In this document: positions 47,301 to 54,252 of the stretch, one piece after another
Position numbering within the stretch: the first letter of the stretch is position 1
Layout of the letters: every line of letters starts with the position of its first letter
Origin: Myxococcales bacterium
GTDB lineage: Bacteria > Desulfobacterota > Binatia > HRBIN30
DNA: 54,252 bases
NCBI GenBank assembly: GCA_037445065.1
Contig: JBBILD010000025.1
Location: 1-54,252, forward strand
Reading direction: 5' to 3'
Translations under genes and position numbers: made by a program
The notes under the pieces: model-generated
What the model was told of the DNA's origin: nothing
Seen by the model: the letters and a program-made list of their open reading frames with translations, nothing else
The model's database searches: none

Positions 47301-47743
47301 GTGGCTTACGCGATCCAGCGATGCTGCCTGAGCGGTGTGCTCACGTTCCTCGCCGCGTTCGGGGCGATCCCGAGCAAGTCGCTTGCCCTGCAGATTTTCG
47401 TGCGTCCTCCCAGCGGTGGGACCATCACGTTGGAGGTCGAGCCGAGCGACACGATTGCAATCGTGAAGCAACAAATTCAGGACCGCACCGCGATCCCAGC
47501 CGACCAGCAATGCCTGTTTTTCGCGGGGGCGCCGCTGCCCGATGAACGCACCCTGGCCGAGTTGAATATCCAAAAGGAGTCCCCCTCGAATTGCGATTGT
47601 GCCAGAGCCTCGCGCCCAGCGCTGTGCCGGTAGTCGGTTCTGGCCTCACCCTGGTGCTACCGGTGAGCCTGTTTTTTGTGGCCGCCATTCGCAGCCGGCT
47701 GCCGGGTCGAAAGGCTACCGTGGAGCACTCGCTGCGACACTGA
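47301..47743 (+). pseudogene. Signal-peptide-bearing eukaryote-like ubiquitin domain protein, apparent 1-nt frameshift at 47581-47585 (pseudogene or sequencing error)
   Basis: 47388-47582 reads [65 protein letters not shown]. The as-read frame stops at 47633. The shifted frame continues [33 protein letters not shown] to TGA 47741-47743. Confidence 0.8.
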
Positions 47744-48008
47744 TCGAGGCAGCTAGGAACGCGCAGTTCGCACCGCTGCGTTCCGGGGCAGCACGGCTTG
47801 TGGCCTCGGGAACGCGAGGCTGTGCACCTGCTAGCGTGCGCCACACGGGGCTCCCATCGTGGAGCCGCCGCCCTCGGTGGGCCTACCAGCCGGCTCCAGT
47901 TCGAAGCGTCGCCGCGGCCGCGGCGCACCGCACGGAGGACCCGCGACCGCACGTCCTTTCGCCGAGGCGCACGGTCGCCGTCACGGGGAGTGCCAGCGCG
48001 TGCTGCGT

Positions 48009-48551
48009 TCAAACCGGGCCGCGAGCGTACGCGGCATCAAAGGCAGCGTCCAGACCGGGGTTCAAACCGCGCACCTGTTCGGCGACCGCTTTTGCCCAGG
48101 AGAAGTATTTTTGCCGTCGCTCAACCGGCCAGTCGTGCGGAGGCCGCTCCACGATGTCGCGCAGGTTGGCAACCTTGTCGGCAAGCTTCACGAGTTGCGC
48201 TGCGCGACTCAAGGTGGCCACACGCTGCACCTGCCGCTGTTTGCGCTCGTCCGACTCGAGGTTCGCCGGGTCGGTCAACTCCTCGACAATGCGTGCAATC
48301 GTGTCGCCGAACTCTGCACGCAGCTCTTCTGCCGTAGTGTCGGTGTCTTCCAGGGTATCGTGGAGCAAGGCCGCGCAAATAACCAAGATGTCTTGCACGC
48401 CTCCCTCGTTGCACAAGAGATTTGCCACTGCGATCGGGTGGTTGATGTAGGGCGAAGCCTCGACATCCTTCCGCCGTTGGTCGCGGTGCTTGTGTGCACT
48501 GAAAGCGAGTGCCTTCAAAAGAAGCCTGAGTTCTTCCCCGCTGATGGACAT
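48009..48551 (-). CDS. Stand-alone HD-domain (p)ppGpp hydrolase (small alarmone hydrolase, Mesh1/SpoT-HD-like)
   Basis: HRDQRRK..PYINHPIAVA, ALLHDTLEDT, VEELTD, VKLADKVANLRD. Confidence 0.9.
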   Translation of the reverse strand: MSISGEELRLLLKALAFSAHKHRDQRRKDVEASPYINHPIAVANLLCNEGGVQDILVICAALLHDTLEDTDTTAEELRAEFGDTIARIVEELTDPANLESDERKQRQVQRVATLSRAAQLVKLADKVANLRDIVERPPHDWPVERRQKYFSWAKAVAEQVRGLNPGLDAAFDAAYARGPV

Positions 48552-49298
48552 GGCTGCGTAAGAGCAAGGAGTGGTGGCCAAAACAAGTGGCAGCCGCACC
48601 GGCGGTCCACCGGAAACACCGTTGCCGGTCTGCACCAGCGATCGTCCCGCCGCAGAACCCTGCTCTGCGCCCGCTGCTTTGGCATCAGCAATGGTTCACC
48701 CGCCCTCCCTGCTCACACCAGCGAGCGACCGTCGGCGCTGTTCACGCAGGTTGCCTCCGCCTCAGGCGGCCAGCCCACTGCTGCTGTCCACGGGGCGCGC
48801 ACTCCGCAGAGACCCGGTTCGACGGATCTCGAGGAACCGTTCCGCGTGACACAACGACAGAGGCAAACAGAAAATCCGCGACGATACACATTCCCGGCGT
48901 ACAACGACGGTAACAGCCACTGCTCGCACCGCAGGAAGCGAACCCCGCCAACGCGCCCCTTCCCTGTCTCGAGCCGCGTGCTTGAACCCTTGACGCGCAC
49001 GCAACGGCGCTTATCGGGTAAGGGCGTCGCTTCTCCGACGGCCTGCTCCCAGCATTCTACACTGTCCACCTACGAACCGCGGTGTCGCTTAGCCCTCATC
49101 GCGGTGATAGACCCACCCTGCTTGCAGCTTGATCTCGGCAAGGTTCTCTGGTTCTCTATGATACAAGGTTTCCGTATGGAAGGACTAGAAGGGCAAGCCG
49201 CCGCGGTCGGTTCGCGGTGCGCGTTCTCGTTGTTCGATCGAATGCTCGCCTACTCGCGAGCGTAAAATAGAACCGCAAAAAAGAGTTCGGAGCGAGCC

Positions 49299-49559
49299 GT
49301 GTTCAAAATTACAGTTCGGGTAAACGGCAGAGCGGTAAGCCTTGATGAGGCGGAGAGTGCTTTAGAAAAGGCGTTACTGGAAAAGATCGAGGCGTCCTTG
49401 CAGAAAAGAGTGGCCGGCGTTCGGTGTCCCGACCACGATGCAACTCCACGGATCATCCCGAAAGGTCCTACGCTGCGGCGACTCTCTTGGGAAGTGCGCG
49501 CCTGCTGTAAAAGCTTGCTTCAACTAGCCGTGGACAAACTGAAAGGGGAACGTTCCTAA
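49299..49559 (+). CDS. Small hypothetical protein with CPxH and CC motifs
   Basis: 86-aa ORF with protein-like composition, a GGAG RBS and an A-rich upstream region. Confidence 0.55.
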   Translation: MFKITVRVNGRAVSLDEAESALEKALLEKIEASLQKRVAGVRCPDHDATPRIIPKGPTLRRLSWEVRACCKSLLQLAVDKLKGERS

Positions 49560-50290
49560 GCTGACATGGGCCGTTCTCGGCGAGCCTGCTGAAGGGATGC
49601 TCGAACCGAGCCTCCGTAGCTGCTTGCTCCCTGTGCGTCCAGTAGCGACCTGGCTCGCCACTCAGGCGACGCGCACTATGCCGCTCTACCGGCGCATGCC
49701 TCGAAACAGTCTAGCTCGAACGCCGGAGAGCCGAGGCCAGCCGGTGGTGGATCCACCGTTTACGATCTGGGGCGGGCGGCGCCTCGCGGTCCCCCATGCG
49801 CAGCGGCGACATGCATGGAAAGCTTGCGACGCCTGCGTCCCTAACACCGCCGGAGCGCTTGAAACACAGCCTGCCCCGCCGCTCGGCGGCTACCACCAGC
49901 ATGGTTCGATCCCTTACCACTGCGCTGAATACAGATATCTGAGGACAGCTTTAATTTGCGCTCGCAGGGAAACTCGGGTGATCGGCATAGATAAGCGAGC
50001 GGGGCTGACATAAGGACAGCGACCAACCATTCGTGCGATGCGCTTTCGCTCCCGCTGAGCGTTGTCCCAATGCGCTATGGACCCCACCTATGGAGGCTCT
50101 CCAAGCCCCCTTTGTTCGGAGCCGATCCTCAGGGTCCTTGCTGGGTTGCGCGGGTCACGAGCCCGCCCCGCGTCCCCTTAGCTGCGGGGCCGCAGGCGCG
50201 GTTCTCACCGGCGCTTGCCGGGGGCTCTCCCCGGGGGGTAGAAGCGGCACCGCAGTGCGGAAACAGGCCGCAATGGCCTTTCGGGGACGC

Positions 50291-50713
50291 CTACTCGCCG
50301 ATGATCTTGATCAGCACGCGCTTGCGGCGGCGCCCGTCGAACTCGCCATAAAAGATCTGCTCCCAGGGACCGAAATCCAACTTGCCGTTCGTAATCGCCA
50401 CCACCACCTCACGCCCCATCACCTGGCGCTTGTGGTGAGCGTCGCCGTTGTCTTCGCCCGTGCGGTTGTGGTGGTAGCGCTTCGGACTGGGGTCGTATGG
50501 AGCGAGTTGTTCCAGCCAGCGGGCGTAGTCTTCGAGCAGTCCGGGCTCGTCGTCATTGATGAAGACGCTTGCGGTAATGTGCATGGCGTTGACCAGACAC
50601 AACCCTTCCTGGACACCACTCTCGCGGACCGCCCCTTCCACCTCGCGCGTGATGTTCACGAAGCCCATCCGCGCCGGTACGTTCATCACCAGCTCTTTCC
50701 GGTACGAGCGCAT
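50291..50713 (-). CDS. yjbQ: YjbQ/UPF0047 family protein
   Basis: [47 protein letters not shown]. Confidence 0.93.
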   Translation of the reverse strand: MRSYRKELVMNVPARMGFVNITREVEGAVRESGVQEGLCLVNAMHITASVFINDDEPGLLEDYARWLEQLAPYDPSPKRYHHNRTGEDNGDAHHKRQVMGREVVVAITNGKLDFGPWEQIFYGEFDGRRRKRVLIKIIGE

Positions 50714-51195
50714 ATCCCTGCCCTACCAGCGCAGGCGCCTGCCTGTCCAGCGCCCGACGTTGCGCCTGGGTAGTTCAGTGAGCGCTGGAACGATTCCCCC
50801 CTTAGTGCCACGTGCGCACAGACAGAAAGTGAACCCGTCGGGTGGAAGCCAGCACGTTCGGCGACCCGGGCGGACACCGTCTTGCTTGCGAGCCGGCTCT
50901 GGCCCAACCCGGTGTGGGTGAGGCTCTCACCGATGAGTTGGGGCTGTCGAGGCCGACTGCTGAGAACAACGCCTTGGCGCGGGAGGCGTCGAGGTTTCCC
51001 ACGCCGGGAGGCCACGCCGCGTATTCCGCCTTGCCCAAACTTCATTCCGCCGCGCTGTATCGGCAAAGCACCGTACCTAGGCGACACCCGGCGAAGCTAC
51101 GCGAAGACGCGTGAGCGCTGGGACCAGCCTCGTATCTCGTCTGCCCCGGCTGCGACGCTCCCGCCCGCCAAGGCGCCGGCAACCAATCGTACCGA

Positions 51196-52110
51196 TTAGC
51201 CCACCGCCAACCGCATCGCCGCCGTGAGCGAGGGGCGTCCTTGCTCGACGATCGGCCGGTACCGTTTCTTCTCGCAATCCCGCCAGATCGCCGCCGCCGT
51301 GGCCAAACAACGCTTCGTTGCGGCCCGGATTTGCGTCAGGCTTGCCTTCCAACTGCTGAGGTAGAAGCCAGACGCTTGTGCAGTGTCCACGCCGGCCAGG
51401 CTGAGCAGGAAAAACGAAGTCAGTTCGGCTTCGAGTTCCGCTTGGTTCCGGCTGAGCGCTTGGTCTACGCGGTCCACAATTGTGACCTTTCCTCGTTCTT
51501 TCTTCTGGAAATGGAGCTTCACATGCGCGATTTCGTGCGCGAGAGTGGCAAGCCGCTCGGCCGGGCCTAAGCTTGGCTGCACCCAGATCGTGCGGCCGTT
51601 TGTACAGCCCGCCACCATGTAATTGGCCATGGGGCTTCCGTACACAAGTTCGACCCCGGAGCGCCGCGTCCACTCCTCCAGCGCACCCAAAGTCTTGGCG
51701 ATGACTTCCTCCGGTCCTCGAGTGTCGAGCCAGGTTGGCATCGAAAACGGCGGCCCTTCTGTGTCAGAAACATCGTATACTCGCGTAAGGGCGAAAAACC
51801 GGGTGGGCCGCTTGTCCCCGGGCTTCAAAGCCGGAGCGATGATAAAGATCGCTTTCGCGCCGCGTCACACGGTCCGCCCCTCTTTCTCCCACTGTTTGCG
51901 CCCTTTCACAAACGTCGCATCCGGGCGCTGCAACCCGATCAGGATCCGATTCAAGGGCGAGTAGTCACGAAATCCCTTGGCGAACGCGCGTAGCTGCTCC
52001 CGAATCGGGCCCGGATCTGTGGCTAAGCACGTTTCGAGCTTGCGCAGTGCTTGGTCTACCCGGCTGCGTGGCTTGATCAGCTCATTCTGTCGCCGCTTCT
52101 TGGCGGGCAC
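51196..52110 (-). pseudogene. ArdC-like ssDNA-binding plus zincin (HExxH) domain gene interrupted by an in-frame TGA
   Basis: ORFs 51865-52110 and 51196-51828 share a frame: YSPLNRILI..QRPDATFVKG..QW..GRTV*RGAKAIFIIAP..VYDVSDTEG..TLAHEIAH..ELEAE. Confidence 0.85.
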
Positions 52111-52128
52111 GATCGAACCTCCCTCATA

Positions 52129-52182
52129 ATGGAACCTCCTTTCTGCGAGGCATCACTGTAGCATGCACGAAGGAGTTTCCAT
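52129..52182 (-). promoter_or_regulatory. Imperfect inverted repeat/hairpin upstream of the ArdC-like gene
   Basis: ATGGAACCTCCTT (52129-52141) and AAGGAGTTTCCAT (52170-52182) are 12/13 complementary. Confidence 0.5.
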
Positions 52183-52336
52183 CGGAAACCTACAAAACGT
52201 CCCGACTGTCCATGGCCCGATTGAAACTCCTCTCCCTCGCCGGACACAATGCCGTGCGCTGCTCTTTTGTCTGTATTGCGGTGAAGGAGCAGGCGAGCAG
52301 ATGAGCCGCCTGATTCCACGCTGCTTGAACGCGGGC

Positions 52337-54252
52337 CTACGGGTTTTCGGGCAACGTCTCGATGTCTGCCTCGTCCAGCGGCTCGATGACGGCGTTGCGG
52401 ACCCACAATGGATCGAAACCCTCGGCGGATGTGCCCTCGATGTGGATCGTGACCTTCCGCTCGTCCGCCTTGTCCGCAAGATTGGCAATGGCCGGGAAGG
52501 CTTTGAAAATCTGGTCCCTAGTGGCTCGGAACTTAAGACGCAGGATCCTCTCGTGTACTCGGGTGGCTGGGCCTGCGGTCGGCGTTGGAGGGCTGGAAAC
52601 GGTGCCCGCCTGTGCGGAAGCTGCTTCACCGCCTACCACGGGTTGAAGGGGAGAGGCGGGAGCTAGACCCGTGGGCTCCGCGATGGCGGGCAAGGCAGAC
52701 GGCACGATGAGGAATCCGGATTCAAAGTCCACCTCGTCCTCGGCGATCGGCCGTTGGAAGGCGACTCTTTCACGGCTCACTTGGAACTTGCCATCTGGTC
52801 CCGGGGTCGGCGTGATCCCGCTTACGTAGGCAAAGGCTCCTTCGGCAACCCCACGCGCAATGCCCTTTGCAAGAACGGCTGCAGACTCGAGACGCGGTGG
52901 CACGAGGTCGCGGAAAAACGATTCGAGAACCTCGCCGGCCTTGACTCCAAGCACCGGGGCGTCACTCTGCGCAGCCGGCTCTCCCAGCCTCACCCGCTCC
53001 ATGATCTTCCGCGGCGTCACGCTGCCATGCACGCGCGGAGTTCCCACGCTGGTGAGGAGCTCCATGATTCGCTCGTGGACGGTGGTCGCTTGTAAGGGTC
53101 GGCCCCCGCGCTCCACGCGCTCGATAGCGATTTCACCCTGCTCGACACGGGGCAACCACACGGCAGCGTACAGATCGCGAAAGCTTGCTTCCGCAGCCGC
53201 CTCTTCCGTGCGTTTGCGCTCCTTCAGTTGATCTAACTGATCCTTTGTAAGGCGCAGTTGCTGCTTCTTGGCGTCAACCCGCTCGATCGCAATAAGGTAG
53301 CGCACCGCCCGGCGAAGGGCCTCGATCTGTTTCTTGTCAGGGATCGCGAGCCCAAGGCCGTTGCGGTATCGCCTCGGCCGCTCTCCGTATCTCGACAAGA
53401 ACTCCTTAGCCAGGCGTTCCTGCTCCGCCTTGCTTTCCACCGCAAACTCCAGCGGCAGATACGCGACGAGGAAGCGCGGTTCCCCGTCGGGGATATCCTG
53501 GCTCTTGTCGGGCCACACTACGGCACCTGGGTGTCCGGCAAGTCGAGCCTCGAGCATCTCCTTGATCCTCTCGCGGACCGGACCTCGCCCGTGCGCTTGA
53601 GTTTCCTCCCGTGATACCGTCTGTTCCGCATCCTCGATGAGCTTAGTGACGTTGGGGTCCTTCTTGAAACAGTAGCGAACCCCGTCGTAGTGCAGATACA
53701 GGCAGCTATTGCGAAGTTCGGCGAGAGCTGCGGTAGCAGTGATGTTGTCCAGATCTGGGCCCACACAAGCTGCCAGCAGCTCGCTTTCCGTCACTCCGGG
53801 GGGAAGGGCCTCGGCGTCGTCGCTGCCTTTCCGCCGCAGTCCACCGAACGAATACACCAGGATAGCAGTGGCTAGGCGTGTGGCTGGTTTCACGCTCGCC
53901 AACGCAGGCGTCTCGCGGGCCAGCCGCTCGTCAATGTGCTTGGCCCTCGCGTTCGGGCCCTCGATGTCTGCGGTGATGACCGGGTCGTACTCGTTCTGGA
54001 CCCCGAGCTCCTTAAGCATCTTGACCCGGACCTCCACGTCCTTGAGCGGCACATCGGAAGGTCCCAACAGCGGGCCCGCACCGCCGTTCCTCTTGAGCGA
54101 ATGCATGCACGACGCGAGAAACCGGAGCGCGCCCCGTGTCCTTTGGAAGGCATCCAAGGCGGACCACCTCTCGCGCATCACGTCGATCAAAGCGGGGTGG
54201 AACGGGTACGCGGCCCGCATCCGGCCGCGCAGCAGCCGTCCTTCTTCTTCGG
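52337..54252 (-). CDS. DUF499-family AAA+ ATPase (5' part off-window)
   Basis: YPFHPALID..W..FQRTRGALRFLA, RLATAILVYS, YLH...RYCF..PN, RRYRNGL. The frame stays open to the window edge. Confidence 0.85.
   Translation of the reverse strand, partial: EEEGRLLRGRMRAAYPFHPALIDVMRERWSALDAFQRTRGALRFLASCMHSLKRNGGAGPLLGPSDVPLKDVEVRVKMLKELGVQNEYDPVITADIEGPNARAKHIDERLARETPALASVKPATRLATAILVYSFGGLRRKGSDDAEALPPGVTESELLAACVGPDLDNITATAALAELRNSCLYLHYDGVRYCFKKDPNVTKLIEDAEQTVSREETQAHGRGPVRERIKEMLEARLAGHPGAVVWPDKSQDIPDGEPRFLVAYLPLEFAVESKAEQERLAKEFLSRYGERPRRYRNGLGLAIPDKKQIEALRRAVRYLIAIERVDAKKQQLRLTKDQLDQLKERKRTEEAAAEASFRDLYAAVWLPRVEQGEIAIERVERGGRPLQATTVHERIMELLTSVGTPRVHGSVTPRKIMERVRLGEPAAQSDAPVLGVKAGEVLESFFRDLVPPRLESAAVLAKGIARGVAEGAFAYVSGITPTPGPDGKFQVSRERVAFQRPIAEDEVDFESGFLIVPSALPAIAEPTGLAPASPLQPVVGGEAASAQAGTVSSPPTPTAGPATRVHERILRLKFRATRDQIFKAFPAIANLADKADERKVTIHIEGTSAEGFDPLWVRNAVIEPLDEADIETLPENP

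Noticed and set aside
47061..47573. 171-aa N-terminal extension of the MscS ORF in the track
   Set aside because: Much of it is the antisense of the ubiquitin-like gene; MscS similarity and an RBS begin at 47060.
47301..47633. Eukaryotic contamination as the source of the ubiquitin
   Set aside because: It is about 35% diverged from a nearly invariant eukaryotic protein, uses host-like GC-rich codons, has a signal-like leader and sits between bacterial genes. A read-level check is still advisable.
47085..47743. A bacterial ubiquitination (E1/E2/JAB) system
   Set aside because: There is no C-terminal Gly-Gly in either frame, no E1, E2, E3 or JAB gene in the window, and the domain appears to be exported.
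47859..49265. 468-aa plus-strand ORF
   Set aside because: It is largely antisense to the HD hydrolase, has no recognisable motifs and shows shadow-ORF composition.
50760..50830. tRNA-like start (GCGCCTGGGTAGTTCAG)
   Set aside because: No T-loop GTTC arm, acceptor pairing or cloverleaf follows.
50778..51121. 11-bp direct repeat GTGAGCGCTGG (50778-50788, 51111-51121) as a target-site duplication
   Set aside because: There are no terminal inverted repeats or transposase remnant between the copies, so chance is plausible in GC-rich DNA.
51865..51867. Selenocysteine or recoded TGA in the ArdC-like gene
   Set aside because: The position corresponds to a basic residue rather than Cys, and TGA is a normal stop throughout the window.

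Overview
GC-rich bacterial chromosome segment from a diderm organism (it has an OmpA-family lipoprotein). The CxGDCxGDGxVTVDEL-type C-terminal domain suggests Candidatus Binatia, but that is my inference. Bases 2600-26158 form a large lipid/steroid-type catabolic region. It holds a DUF1329-like gene, two OB-fold genes, ltp4/ltp3-like thiolase-fold aldolases, an echA19-like hydratase, two fadD19-like and two further CoA ligases, a CYP125/142-like P450 with ferredoxin, two TetR regulators and an LLM/ALDH/ADH/amidohydrolase/SDR operon. A 23-bp promoter/operator element occurs twice. The middle holds a tandem PqqC/TenA/CADD-fold protein, a GT-C-like membrane protein, hrpB, orn, F420-type oxidoreductases, a mucin-like dockerin protein and transporters. 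After about 47.1 kb the DNA is gene-sparse and accessory-like. The most striking item is a eukaryote-like ubiquitin domain (42/65 identical by hand alignment) behind a signal peptide. A 1-nt frameshift separates it from a C-terminal membrane-anchor/sorting-like tail. Further right are a small alarmone hydrolase, yjbQ, an ArdC-like gene broken by one in-frame TGA, and the 3' part of a DUF499 ATPase gene. I found no rRNA, tRNA or CRISPR array. All family calls come from motif recognition, not database searches.
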